DNA of 62,943 nucleotides, counting the filler, from Octopus bimaculoides (taxonomy: Eukaryota): assembly GCF_001194135.2 (NCBI RefSeq). It is 7 parts of 7 records of this genome, joined end to end, with 100 filler letters (N's around TTAATTAATTAA, not from the genome) between each part and the next. Parts side by side here need not be neighbours in the genome. Positions count along the whole stretch, not along the records: positions 20,480 to 26,409 come from NC_068984.1; positions 26,510 to 30,421 come from NC_068982.1; positions 30,522 to 42,237 come from NC_069004.1; 4 more parts are not named here. One strand, 5' to 3'. The position numbers and the translations under genes were made by a program. Below the pieces are notes generated by a model, which worked only from the letters and a program-made list of their open reading frames with translations, was not told where the DNA came from and searched no databases. Below, one piece after another: positions 25,230-39,440 of this stretch. The stretch's first letter is position 1. Each line of letters opens with the position of its first letter.

Positions 25230-25550
25230 TTTTTCAGTATTCAAACACTTTCAACGTGTGTAAAGAAAGAACATGCATGATAATCGACATAGCATACCCT
25301 AGTGACAACAGAATCAATGTGAAAGAAGAAAAAATAAACAACTATGACGATTTGAAGTGGGAAATACTATGGATGTGGTCAATGAGAAGAGTAGACGTGA
25401 TACCAATAATAATTGGTGCACTTGGAAGTATCAACACTCAGCTACCAACATGGCTGAAAAAAGACTGGTGCAAGTGTGAAGGTAGAACGCCCACAAAAAT
25501 CAGTATTGCTTGGAACTACAATAATTCTTCGCATGGTTCTTGAAACATGA
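25230..25550 (+). mobile_element. R4/Dong-type RLE domain fragment
   Basis: IIDIAYPSDNRINVKEEKINNYDDLKWEI..W..RRVDVIPIIIGALGS (PD-(D/E)xK-type RLE tail). Confidence 0.88.
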
Positions 25551-25987
25551 CCAGTTTACAAATATGTATGTATGTACATTTGGTCTTGTGCCGCCATCCA
25601 AAAGTTCTTCGATTTCAGGTTTAAATCATGCCTTTCCAAGCCATTGCTGAATTTTATCTTTATTCACTACTTCCTTTGTTTATTATTCTCATATGTAGGG
25701 ATTCATTTTTTTTCTCTCTTCCCAATGTCTTAGAATCACATTTTTCTAATCTCATTTTCAATTTGCTTTCGTTTTGAGATTCCTTAATACTTTTCTCTAA
25801 CCTTCTGGCAGTTGTCTGTTACTTCAGGCTCCTAATACACACGCACACACACATATATATATATATATATATGTGTGTGTATGTGTGTGTGTGTGTATGC
25901 GTGTGCGTGTGTGTGTGTGTGTACATATATATGTAAATGTATGTATGTATATGTATGTATATATATATATATANNNNNNNNNNTATA

Positions 25988-26021
<34 letters not shown>

Positions 26022-26509
26022 CATATATATGTCTGTTCAAATACATATATATATATATAGGTAGGTATATATGTATTGGCTTTCCTTAAAACTGTAAAAT
26101 AGATCTTCGTTTTATTTACGTCATGTAGTTATTTATATTAGTTTCTAATTCTTTGCTCGATAGTTTTTGCGTTCTACAGTGGATATTATTTAACAATTTC
26201 CTGGTGTTACAAAACATCCACCTAAGACCCTGTACTCACGATAATGAAATATTGCGTAGTTGTTTTTTTTTTTTGTTTTTTTTTTTCTTTACAAGAGGAT
26301 GGAAGTATATATTTATTTTCTTTAGTTTTCTGCATATAATTACTAATGCAGTTGACTTCCCCCTAGTTTTATCAGGACTAAAGCTTACTTCTAGAACAGT
26401 GTTTCCAAANNNNNNNNNNNNNNNNNNNNNNNNNNNNNNNNNNNNNNNNNNNNTTAATTAATTAANNNNNNNNNNNNNNNNNNNNNNNNNNNNNNNNNNN
26501 NNNNNNNNN

Positions 26510-26856
26510 GGATCTTTTCCCTTGAATAAAATTAGTGCCGTTGTTTGTCAACAACTATCGGCGGTACTGTTATTTATGACATCGTTCGTGCGTTTGTACT
26601 TATTTTAGCTTTAGGGTTTTAGGGTTAGGGTTCGGGTTTTAGAGTTAGGGTTAGGGTTTTAGGGTTAGGGTTAGGGTTATGAGTATTTTTGCCAAATTTG
26701 GTGAAAAATTTGTGGCGGTGTATTGAACAGATTTTCACCAAATTTAGCAAAAACACTAAGATTAAAAGATGTTTTATATGACACATTCTACCAGTGTCCC
26801 AAGTTTGAAAGTGTTTCGTTAGAAAACAAATGGTGTCCGCCAAATCAGAAAGATCC
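26510..26856. mobile_element. Non-autonomous element with GGATCTTT...AAAGATCC ends, internal TTAGGG array and hairpin
   Basis: 8-bp TIR; degenerate (TTAGGG)n at 26611-26678; 22-bp inverted repeat 26686-26707 / 26732-26753 (1 mismatch); relative at 20149. Confidence 0.7.
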
Positions 26857-27075
26857 GGATGCTTTTAAATTCGTCCGATCATTAGTGCAAGCGTTGATAC
26901 TTTTCCAACCAGCGTATAAAGTGAGGGAAGTAATTATATGGTGAGTCACACATTAAAAGTAACACCCATATCTCTGGGAAATAATTTTTTTTCCAAAATT
27001 CCAATATTCTAAAATAATACCTCCTTATACTGCTCCTTTTTTTTTCAAACTCCACAGATCCACTTAAGGCTAGTG

Positions 27076-27207
27076 GGGGTGCGTCCTTCCTATGAAAAAC
27101 ATTGAGCAGAAGATATTTAAAAGAGCTCAATGTAGTCACTCGACATGCTAGAAATAACAGTAAAATTTCCTTTAAGCTCTCAAAGTTTTTCATAGGGAGA
27201 GCACCCC
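27076..27207. repeat. ~30-bp inverted repeat enclosing a SINE-C-like fragment (MITE-like)
   Basis: ggggtgcgtccttcctatgaaaaacattgag vs ctcaaagtttttcatagggagagcacccc. Confidence 0.6.
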
Positions 27208-27449
27208 GTTTACATTTGAAGTTGGTGTGCATATTTCTGTGTATCGGACTTACATTTTAAACCCTGAATTGAAACAATGACTATCTCCTATATTCAGACA
27301 TGCATTCAGGAATACTTTATCTATTTCAATGCATTCATTCATAACAAACGCACGCATACACACACAGACACACACAGACACACACACAGACATACACACA
27401 CATACCCACGCACACACAGACATACACACCACTACCACCACCAGTCGAC

Positions 27450-28010
27450 TCTGCTGATTAACACTTTCTCAAACATCACTACTGAAGAAGTCTTCAATGA
27501 ATTCAACATGTCCTGGTTTTCAAAAAGCACAGATAACACAAGAGAGAACATAGTAGCATCGCAATTTAACTCCCTTTGTATTCTAAATAATCCACGCCAA
27601 AACACACGCAGGTTTCACTAACCCAACAACAACTCTTTCTCATTGTCTTCTATTCTACATATTTAGCCACTACAACCACTTGACAAACAGTCCTCTAACC
27701 TTTCTCAGACATCAACCAATTATCGACACAACACATAAATCAGAAGAAAAAAAAAAAACAAACACTTTTACCAACTTCAAAGAAGCCCAGTGGTAAAAGT
27801 TCCACCGATAAGCAAACTAAGGTTTTTCAGAATTTAACAACACTGTAATCACCAAAAATGACATTGCATCACAGACATTCAACCAAATATTTATAGACGC
27901 GCATCCAAAGAACAAGAGTATATCCCACGAGGCAACGTAAAATAATACAACCCCAATTGCACATCAGAAATAGCCAAACTTCTGAACACCAGGGACAACT
28001 TCAAACACAA
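27450..28010 (+). mobile_element. Degraded APE-LINE remnant (endonuclease-to-RT linker)
   Basis: A/C-rich; fragments TNFKEAQW*KF and IPRGN...NPNCTSEIAKLL..RD; no complete motif. Confidence 0.35.
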
Positions 28011-28794
28011 TACAACAACAAGAGATAATTCAAAATCAAACAGCCGAAGAATGAAAAGAAGAAAGAATAAAGACAATAAATATGAGTAAAACAGAAAACT
28101 GGCAAACATTTTTAGCTAACTTAAACTACAAATAAACTGTAAAATATCAGAATAATTAGTCATCATCATCATCATCATCATCATTATCGTCATCATAGTC
28201 GTCATTGCCGTCGTCATCGACATCATCATCATCCTCATTATCCTCTTCCTCCTCTTTATCGTCATTAACAATAATAACAACTACAACAATATAAAAGTGA
28301 CCGCACCATTTTCAAATGTCACAATAACATACCCACAATGCATCACTAAACAAACCCCCATATTTGACCAGAAACGAGAACATTTGTTTTGTGACGCATT
28401 TCTTTAAAAAGAAAAGATCAACCACCACAAACAATACGAAAGAAGACGGGAATACAAAGCGAAAAACATGCAACTCAGACGTTGATTTTGAACCCATCCG
28501 TACATCAAACACCCATCCAAAAAGCATCAGGAAATATCGAAAAGTAGAAAAGGGGCTGGCTGAGGAGATCATAAACATATTGATTAAAACTCTAACGTCC
28601 TGAATTAATCATTATTAGACTCATCAATGTCTACAGTTACTCCAACCAACATTGGTGATATCCAGGATCTGAAAACGAGTAAACCATTACAATTCTTGAG
28701 CCTAAACAAAGTCGAAGTGAATTAGCATCATACAAATAGTCTATCACCCTGTTAGGCATATCCTTAATAATTTCATGATTCATCCCAAATAGTA

Positions 28795-29000
28795 AAGGCG
28801 TGTGGCTTAGTGGTTAGAGTGTTACAGTCACTATCGGAAGATCGTAGTTTCGATTCCTGGCCTATGCGGTGTGTTCTTGAGCAAAACACTTCATTTCATG
28901 TTGCTCCACTTCACTCAGCTGTAAACGAATCCTAGCAATAGCTGTGGAGTTAATGCTGTAACAGACCAGCCTTCCATTCAGGGGTAAGTGCTGTAATCTT
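28795..29000 (+). mobile_element. tRNA-derived SINE, diverged
   Basis: Box A gtggcttagtggtt, box B gtttcgattcc, core gtgttcttgagcaaaacact. Confidence 0.7.
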
Positions 29001-29195
29001 AATCACTAATATGCCATGGAAACCGGATTGATTTTCAGTCTTCTTAGTCCTAGGGCTCATGACAAACCCAACTTTAAGTCACCCTTAGTATTACTAATCC
29101 AGGCATTCACTTCACTAAATTACAACATGGAACCGAACTACTATACTCAGTCACCGTTCTGCTTGTAAATTTAACACAGTCACATGACAGAGTCA

Positions 29196-29574
29196 TGGAG
29201 GCGCAATGGCACAGTGGTTAGGGCAGCGGACTCGCGGTCATAGGATCGCGGTTTCGATTCCCAGACCGGGTGTTGTGAGTGTTTATTGAGCGAAAACACC
29301 TAAAGCTCCACGAGGCTCCGGCAGGGGATGGTGGCGAACCCTGCTGTACTCTTTCACCACAACTTTCTCTCACTCTTACTTCCTGTTTCTGTTGTTCCTG
29401 TAATTCAAAGGGTCAGCCTTGTCACACTGTGTCACGCTGAATATCCCCGAGAACTACGTTAAGGGTACACGTGTCTGTGGAGTGCTCAGCCACTTGCACG
29501 TTAATTTCACGAGCAGGCTGTTCCGTTGATCGGATCAACTGGAACCCTCGACGTCGTAAGCGACGGAGTGCCAG
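29196..29574 (+). mobile_element. Full-length young tRNA-derived SINE with 13-bp target-site duplication
   Basis: Box A tggcacagtggtt, box B gtttcgattccc; identical flanks catgacagagtca at 29183-29195 and 29575-29587. Confidence 0.92.
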
Positions 29575-29699
29575 CATGACAGAGTCAACCACGTCAATAA
29601 AATTCAACTGAGTTATTGTAACTATCATTTGCATTAGTAAAGGTCTCGATTCTATTCCTGAACAGCCACTAATATACAAAATGCTCATTATTTCAATTA

Positions 29700-30090
29700 A
29701 GGTTCGTGGCCGAGTGGTTTGTGTGTTGTACTCAAGAACATAAGTTGTGGATTCGACACTCGTCGGCCAAGGCCTAGCGGCGCACTGTGCCCTGAAACAA
29801 GCTTGCATTTTCACGTTGCCACCTTCTTGTACCAGCCTTCTCTTACCCTCCAACTGCACATATAGAATGGTCCACTGGACCAAGGGTGGGAGGACCGAGA
29901 GAATGTCCGTGTTTGTTCACAACTACATAGGCAGCTATATTATCACGGCGGCTGTGTAGCTTACTCTTTGTTCCTTGAAGAAACACTGCAAAATGCTGGC
30001 GATCATAAGGTCGTGGGCTCGATTCCTAGACTGGATGACACGTTGTATCCTTAAACAAGACGCTTCATTTGCACGTTTCTTCAATTCACT
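29700..30090 (+). mobile_element. Two further diverged tRNA-head SINE fragments (~29700-29850, ~29945-30090)
   Basis: gtggccgagtggtt...ggattcgac and gggctcgattcctag...tccttaaacaagac. Confidence 0.55.
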
Positions 30091-30114
30091 TACCTAAAAT
30101 TAATAACCCTTTCT

Positions 30115-30320
30115 ACCGGAGACACAAGGCCTCAACTTTGTGGGAGGGAACTGGTCGATTACATCGACCTCAGTGTTTCACTGGTACTTACTTTATCGAC
30201 CTCGAAAGGATGAAAGGCAAAATCGACCTCGGTGGAACTTGAACTCAGAACGTAGCAACAGACAAAATACCGCTAAGCATTTCACCCGGCGTTCTAACGA
30301 TTCTGCCAGTTCGTCGCCTT
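30115..30320 (-). mobile_element. SINE family A
   Basis: Reverse complement of consensus; head ttctgccagttcgtcgcc. Further copies at 40165-40345(+), 40789-40995(+), 41965-42150(-), 57255-57470(-). Confidence 0.85.
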
Positions 30321-30355
30321 TACCTAAAATTAATATCAGCCAAGTACTGGTGCAA

Positions 30356-30421
<66 letters not shown>

Positions 30422-30869
30422 NNNNNNNNNNNNNNNNNNNNNNNNNNNNNNNNNNNNNNNNNNNNTTAATTAATTAANNNNNNNNNNNNNNNNNNNNNNN
30501 NNNNNNNNNNNNNNNNNNNNNTATATATATATATACAAACATATATATATATATACAAATATATATACATGTATGATTATATGTAGAAATAGGCATACAT
30601 ATGGTCATGCACACATTTTATTTACGCTTATATATATTCACAGATGTATATATGTAAATATATACAAATGTATGCATGTGCATATATATTTATATGTGCA
30701 TGTATGTATATATACATATATATGTTTCTGTGTGTGTGTTGTGCACAGGGCCATATTTTTCTTTTGTATATCTATGCCTCGGTGTTTGCATAGACACACG
30801 CGCACACGCAAACATACATATATATAAATATATATATATATTTATACATACACACACAAACGCACTCAG

Positions 30870-30909
<40 letters not shown>

Positions 30910-30919
30910 NNNNNNNNNN

Positions 30920-30961
<42 letters not shown>

Positions 30962-31720
30962 TGTAAAAAAAAAACCTTTAAAATTGTTTTATTGACCAAA
31001 TTACTACGAAATAAAACAAAATAATCCAAAATAAAATAAATACAACCTTGTCTGAAAGAATCAAAATGGTGGACAAGAGGTAGAGAAGATACGATGAGCT
31101 ATAAAGGGGAAATAAATCAAATATTTTTTTCATGTAAATAGCCTTGTCTAATTTCAACACGTTTCAATGATTTGTAACCAGTGTTCGTTATTGAAATCGT
31201 TTTTGTTTTAGTTGTTGTTCTCCCAACAGTATTTGTTATCGACGTCGTCGTCATCGTCGTTGTCGATGTTGTTGCTGTTGTTGTTGTTGTTACTGGAAGT
31301 GTTTGTGGTTTGGCGTTGATATGGTTGTAGAAGCAGTTTGTTATTTTTTATTTGGAACGCTTGATATTTTTTTCTTATTTAAAAATTTACCGAAGTTGAT
31401 GTTGATGTAATCTTGCCCATGTTATGGTTGTTGTTGTTTCGTTTGGCTATTCACTGGTATAAATATCAATTCAGTTTAAATATAATCAATAACTGTAATC
31501 TACCGCCAATTAATGTGTTTATCCTTGTGTATCCTCGTGTGTGTATGAGTATACGGTTGACTGTGTCTCCGTCTCTGGGTGTATTTGTGTATGTTATTGT
31601 ATGTATACGCATGTCCGTTTATATATATATTATATATACACATGCATATACATATATATCATCTATATAGATGTATGTATATGTATCTATATATTTATAT
31701 ATGCACATATATACATATAG

Positions 31721-31758
<38 letters not shown>

Positions 31759-32489
31759 NNNNNNNNNNNNNNNNNNNNNNNNNNNNNNNNNNNNNNNNNN
31801 NNNNNNNNNNNNNNNNNNNNNNNNNNNNNNNNNNNNNNNNNNNNNNNNNNNNNNNNNNNNNNNNNNNNNNNNNNNNNNNNNNNNNNNNNNNNNNNNNNNN
31901 NNNNNNNNNNNNNNNNNNNNNNNNNNNNNNNNNNNNNNNNNNNNNNNNNNNNNNNNNNNNNNNNNNNNNNNNNNNNNNNNNNNNNNNNNNNNNNNNNNNN
32001 NNNNNNNNNNNNNNNNNNNNNNNNNNNNNNNNNNNNNNNNNNNNNNNNNNNNNNNNNNNNNNNNNNNNNNNNNNNNNNNNNNNNNNNNNNNNNNNNNNNN
32101 NNNNNNNNNNNNNNNNNNNNNNNNNNNNNNNNNNNNNNNNNNNNNNNNNNNNNNNNNNNNNNNNNNNNNNNNNNNNNNNNNNNNNNNNNNNNNNNNNNNN
32201 NNNNTGTATATATATATACGTATGTATGTATGTATGTATGTATATAATATATATACATACATAACTGTATGCGTTTGCGTTTATGTTTTACTAAGCAAAT
32301 GTTTATCTAAATATCAAGAAATAATACACACACATGTTTTACTGATACACACATAAAAATATTAATATTCACATATCTATATGTGCACATTTCCATATAT
32401 TCCACATGCGTGTGTGTGTGAGAGAGTGTGATTTTGTGTACTTGTGTCTATGTATATGCCTTGGCGTTACCACTGGCATTTATGTATGA

Positions 32490-32538
<49 letters not shown>

Positions 32539-33637
32539 TAGATATAAAAATATGCCTGTTTGCCTACATATGTCTCCGACATGTTTTCTACATTTTCCTT
32601 TCGGTTTATCGCTACTATTTTCTTCTTTGCTTTTTAAAATTCTTTTTCTAGTTAACACATATTTTTCTCCATGATTTATACAAAATATAACGATCACATC
32701 TCATCTATAATACGTTTGCCAGATCTTCGTTATTAACACCTTTCTATCGTACGTCCACTCATATGATATATTTAACAAAATAAATCAGCTGTTTATATTA
32801 TTTTTAGATTTCTTCATATTTATTATCATTTATTTCATACTTTGTTTTCTGTTTCTCTTTCATATATATTTTCAGTTCTTTTTTTTTTTTGGTTTTGCTT
32901 TCGTATTTGACAATTAATTTTGTGCAGTTTAAAAATAAATGTATGGTTACATGCGGCATGTATGTGTGGGTGAAACCGCCTCTGTATGTGTGGGTGGGTG
33001 GAGACGTGGACGTCTTGTGCGGCAGTTTCCATTTTGCTGCCATGGTTATGTACTTTGTCAAATTTTAAAGTACTAGAAATCAAATTTTAGGTAATAATGT
33101 TTAATAAATTAGACATTTTGACGCTCAATTGAAATATATTTCTGTGTATATATGCACATACGTACGCACAAATACACACACAGACGCACAGACTTACACG
33201 CATATACACATACATACACACACACATATATATATACATATCTGTGTACATACAGAGCAATGTGATTATTGATATATATATATATATANNNNNNNNNNNN
33301 NNNNNNNNNNNNNNNNNNNNNNNNNNNNNNNNNNNNNNNNNNNNNNNNNNNNNNNNNNNNNNNNNNNNNNNNNNNNNNNNNNNNNNNNNNNNNNNNNNNN
33401 NNNNNNNNNNNNNNNNNNNNNNNNNNNNNNNNNNNNNNNNNNNNNNNNNNNNNNNNNNNNNNNNNNNNNNNNNNNNNNNNNNNNNNNNNNNNNNNNNNNN
33501 NNNNNNNNNNNNNNNNNNNNNNATATTTATATACATATAGATCTTTGTATTTCTGTATATGTATGTAAGCATATTTGTTTGTATTTCTATGTATATATAT
33601 CAACAACAACAACACCACCAACAGCAACAACAACAAC

Positions 33638-33675
<38 letters not shown>

Positions 33676-33886
33676 TAATAAAATAATAAAATATTATTAT
33701 TGTCATTAATATTATCGATGGTTGGAGAAATTATATATATATATATTTATATATACATATATATATGCATATGTATGTATATATATGCATATAAACTTAT
33801 ATATACATGCACATATATGTAAAACATATATACACATATGCATATATATACATATGCACACACATACAGATATATCTATTTACATG

Positions 33887-33919
<33 letters not shown>

Positions 33920-36900
33920 TAGTAATTGGTGATAACATTCCTAGTTAGTTGAGATGACTAGCATAAAGAATTTTTAAAATATACACTAATATAAAGTACA
34001 AAATATAAATCACACAATATAAAATACGTAAAAAAAATCGTTTGCTCGACAAGTGATCAAAAGTCCTATCAAAGAAAGAACTGTCCATAAATCTTTTCTC
34101 ATAAGAGAAGAAATTTTGTGTAAAAAAGAAAACATGAATAACAAACAAACGCCGCATATACAAAACAAAAATACTGTTTTTCGTGTTCTGCAGAAAAATA
34201 AATATGTTTTTGGTGAGAATTTAATTTATTCCGTCTGAATACAAATTGAAATTTACACACACACAAGTACATACAAACACTAATACAGGCACGCATTCTC
34301 ACACACGTAAGCATATATATGCAGATAAAATTTATACTTGAAATTTTATAAAGTTGCCGTGAGTGGAATTTTATTAACAAATTTGTTAGGAGACATTTTG
34401 TATGAGTGGCTGTATTTTAAACTTTCAGGTCGACTCTGATTTGACACAGAGTTATTATTAAATATATTCCAGCCGTGACCATGTTGTCGCTTTAGGAGTA
34501 TACATGTTTATTATTTTGCATTCTTGAGCTATTAAAGATGTTGCGGTATTCGATACGTTTGTACAACTAATTGTGCTGTATGGTATAACATTTTTCGAAT
34601 AGAAGCAGTGACGTCCTTTCCATTGCCGAAATGTGTCGTTGTGTTTTATATCTGCCCGGTTTTTTGCATGTCTTCGATAGCATTTGGCTATTGAAAATGA
34701 GATTTTCCTCAAGTGATCTCAACATTGTTCACTGAGAAATGGCAAAACTTATGAACCCACTCCATATTTACTTTTGTTTCACAGTATATTATAGTCGTGT
34801 CTCCCACTGTTATTCTGCTAAATATCCCCTGAAATATAGGATATATTTTGGGCGCTCCTGCACTGCAATATAAGGAAAATGTCATTAAATTATATTGATG
34901 TTATTGGCGGACAAACATAAAATTTAGGACCTGCGAAACGTTAGAGCGGACTGAGGTCGTTGGTGTGTAACGGTGAAACAAATCTCAGTCGCGGGTGCTT
35001 GAATACGATTAGATATAATAAAAGAAAATGCACCACCGAACGATATAATGATGACGATAAGAATTCCAATAATGTTGCTTGAATGTTTCCATTCCCATAA
35101 TTCATTAATATTATAAGATTTTCCATAAAAATTTTGCAAAATTCTCATTCGTAATAATTTTGGAAATCATTGTTTAATTTAATCGGATTCCAATTTTTCG
35201 GTTCCACAGACAACCTGCTGTCGCCATCTTGTAAATCTACATAACTTTATTAATGTCCATTTGCGCGTCAATGTATTAATAAAAGATTTTTTAACCGAGC
35301 ATCATGAAAACACATTAATTAGATATCGTTTACAAAGTGAAGCTAATCTCTTCTCCCTCTATAACACCCTATTGTAAGGTCGTTGATAGGGCGATCTCTC
35401 ATTAAAAAAAAAACGTTTGATTTCTCTGAAAATGCAGAGAAAGCATTTATATGTTTTCAAGTTCTATTAAAATTCGTTTCCAGCACATGGAGAAGTGTTA
35501 CCATGTAATGGTGGTGGAAATCGATGAACATTATGATTCGATTGTGTCCCTTGCTGTAAAAGTAACATCAAGATATATCGTATTTAACTCACAAACTGAA
35601 GTTAAACTCTCTTTCAAAATCATTGTATTTCTTCGTGGAAATTTCCAAGGTTTCATGATTTGAATTTCGTGAGCATTAACAGACAATCATTATATAAAAT
35701 ATATCCAATAGAGAAATGTAATTTGCACATGGATTAGTGATTATAGTTGCTATAGTCACCATCTTCATAGATCCAGAAACAGGTTAAAACAATGATACGA
35801 GTTTAATCAATTTGGTATAGAAACCCCGAGATAACAATGTAAAGTTTGAAAACAAAGGAAATTTTTAGCATGGTCTAACCCGCTTTGTAAACCATGCACT
35901 TCAGAGATATATGAAATCTCGCTGTCAAAGCGTCCTCGTTTAACAAAGATTTTGAACTGAATGCTAATTATATGTACAGAATGTTCGGACGCTATATTTT
36001 TTAATTATTCATTAGATAAGATTACATTGATCGATACGAAAGCCATTTTCAAGGACCTGGGACATCTTTTAATACTATTAGAAGATATATAGATGTATTG
36101 GTTGTACTTTCTTAATCAATTCTTTTTGTCTTTCAATAGATGTGTCTGAAGCAACTCACTGAGGCGGAAGTTGGAATATTTAATGCGATTGATTTCTGTC
36201 TTTCTCAAATAATGCTTGTTGCTACAGAGAATAAACATTCAAATAGAACTTGAAGTGGTTATGAAATTTGATGGCTAATATCCTTCCTGATTTCATTTAG
36301 TGTTTTGGGAGACAAGTAAATGTATTCTAAAATGTCGGTTACAAATTGACGAGGGAACTGCAGGGAATCTCTTTATCTCGATATATCATTGGAATTATCC
36401 AAGAATAATAAATCTCTTTGAAGTGTTTATATTTTAGATTATTGGTCAATTAACTCATTTACAACAAAATTCACTTGATCAAAATTTTGTCCCATTTTAG
36501 TTGTTTCCATTTTGATTCGGTCCTTTTTCTCCTTCCTCCTTCTTTAGTTTTAATTATATAGACGATATAATAATTAATTCGTAATTACTATTTCTGATAT
36601 TTCGCAGAAAGGAAGCTGCGTTCAAATTAGCACTTAGAATTTGTTCATATTGGCCTTTGTGTGTGTATGAGATTGTATGCATGTGTGAATGTTTAAATTT
36701 GGAGCTGTATGTGTGTGAAAAGAGAAAGCGAGAGGAGACGGAGAGAGAGTGAAGCAAGAGGAGAAGGAGAGTCAGAGGGAAGAATGAAAAGGAGAGAGAG
36801 GGAGAGAAAGAGAGAGACACGTAAAGGAACGTACACAATATAAGCCTAGTTCCTCTAAGTTGCATATTCTTATGCTCACAGTGGTCAATGACACAACCGG

Positions 36901-37337
36901 TGGTCGACGCTATGAGTTTCTAAACAATAAGAATTAAACAAACAGGAATACCAAGCATAAAATAGTCTGTATATAATACAGAATATATAGCGTCCGAACA
37001 TTCTTTATATACAATTAGCAAACCCCCACGTGCGACTACAACGATACTTTGATTATTCAGTATTTATTCATCACTTGAGCAACTTGCGTTTTTCACTTGG
37101 TCGCACATCGCAATGTAGTGGCCATCATCATTCGATATTGTATGGTGTGGTCAGAAGCATACAAATCTATGAAACAGCAACTTCTTAATATAAGAAGGAA
37201 GTAAAAAACAGTTTAGGAAGGTAATTTAAAATAATATACGGTGGGGACAGTGGGGAAATATAAGGTGGCTTAAACGTGCGTGAGTAACGAGAAAGGGGCA
37301 AGTACGATCCACACAAACACACACACACACACACACC

Positions 37338-37369
<32 letters not shown>

Positions 37370-37372
<3 letters not shown>

Positions 37373-37511
37373 TTAGGGAGAGAGATATAGATGCAAATAC
37401 AATTAGATACATAGAGAGACAGACAGAGAGACGGATGGGTTGAGAAATAGGCAGACAGACAGAAAGATAGATAGAAAGATAGATAGATAAATAGATAGGT
37501 AGATAGAAAGG

Positions 37512-37552
<41 letters not shown>

Positions 37553-37614
37553 CGATAGATAGATAAACAGACCGATAGATTGAGTGATAGATAGACAGAC
37601 AGACAGACAGACAG

Positions 37615-37671
<57 letters not shown>

Positions 37672-37680
37672 GATAGATAC

Positions 37681-37726
<46 letters not shown>

Positions 37727-37980
37727 GGATAGATAGATAGATAGAAACAGACAGACAAATAAGCAGATAGATCGATAGATAGATAGAGAGAGAGAGAGAG
37801 TGAGTGAGAGAGAGGGAAAAATAATGCACATAAAATTTATTTCATTTACTGATTCATACGCGCAGGCGTCTGTGCGTGTATGCGTGTAGGTACAAGTATA
37901 GATATGAGGGTGGATAGATACATAAAAATAAAGACACACAAGAACCCACAAACAAACACACACGTGTATATGCGTATACG

Positions 37981-38038
<58 letters not shown>

Positions 38039-38297
38039 TACACTCCAGTACACATCCAGACTCACACATATCCATGTATGTAAGAATGTAAGAATGTAAG
38101 AATGTAAGAATGTAAGAATGTAAGAATGTAAGAATGTAAGAATGTGTATATGTATGTTTGTCTTGATAAATCTGAGATGTTTTCTCCACATCGGATTTGA
38201 AGCGGGTAACAATCAAAACATGTATCTCTCTCTCTCCCTCTTTCTCTCTCTCCCTCTTTCTCTCTCTCCCTCTTTCTCTCTCTCCCTCTCTCTCTCT

Positions 38298-38337
<40 letters not shown>
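37370..38337. repeat. (GATA)/(GACA)/(GA)/(TA) microsatellites and (GTAAGAAT)n octamer (38080-38143)
   Basis: Direct reading. Confidence 0.92.
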
Positions 38338-39044
38338 NNNNNNNNNNNNNNNNNNNNNNNNNNNNNNNNNNNNNNNNNNNNNNNNNNNNNNNNNNNNNNN
38401 NNNNNNNNNNNNNNNNNNNNNNNNNNNNNNNNNNNNNNNNNNNNNNNNNNNNNNNNNNNNNNNNNNNNNNNNNNNNNNNNNNNNNNNNNNNNNNNNNNNN
38501 NNNNNNNNNNNNNNNNNNNNNNNNNNNNNNNNNNNNNNNNNNNNNNNNNNNNNNNNNNNNNNNNNNNNNNNNNNNNNNNNNNNNNNNNNNNNNNNNNNNN
38601 NNNNNNNNNNNNNNNNNNNNNNNNNNNNNNNNNNNNNNNNNNNNNNNNNNNNNNNNNNNNNNNNNNNNNNNNNNNNNNNNNNNNNNNNNNNNNNNNNNNN
38701 NNNNNNNNNNNNNNNNNNNNNNNNNNNNNNNNNNNNNNNNNNNNNNNNNNNNNNNNNNNNNNNNNNNNNNNNNNNNNNNNNNNNNNNNNNNNNNNNNNNN
38801 NNNNNNNNNNNNNNNNNNNNNNNNNNNNNNNNNNNNNNNNNNNNNNNNNNNNNNNNNNNNNNNNNNNNNNNNNNNNNNNNNNNNNNNNNNNNNNNNNNNN
38901 NNNNNNNNNNNNNNNNNNNNNNNNNNNNNNNNNNNNNNNNNNNNNNNNNNNNNNNNNNNNNNNNNNNNNNNNNNNNNNNNNNNNNNNNNNNNNNNNNNNN
39001 NNNNNNNNNNNNNNNNNNNNNNNNNNNNNNNNNNNNNNNNNNNN

Positions 39045-39096
<52 letters not shown>

Positions 39097-39321
39097 TGCG
39101 TGAGTATATATTTATGTGTGTGTGTATAGGAGTGTGTATAATGTTTGCATATTAAAGTTATTGTAATATTTGAATAAAATTTTACAATTAAATTATATAT
39201 ATGCACCTTTGTATTTAAACACACATATTTCTTTTAGTATCAGAGTGTATATGCATGCACTTATACACATGTTGGAGTGTATATACACATATATACATCT
39301 CTATTTATGTCTATACCACAA

Positions 39322-39440
39322 TCTCTCTTCGTCTCCGTCTCTCTTCGTCTCCGTCTCTCTTCGTCTCCGTCTCTCTNNNNNNNNNNCTCTCTTCGTCTCC
39401 GTCTCTCTTCGTCTCCGTCTCTCTTCGTCTCCGTCTCTCT
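39322..39440. repeat. 16-bp minisatellite (ctctcttcgtctccgt)n
   Basis: Direct reading. Confidence 0.9.

Noticed and set aside
29196-29270. tRNA gene
   Set aside because: tRNA-like head continues into a SINE body with TSD; no acceptor-stem closure or poly-T terminator.
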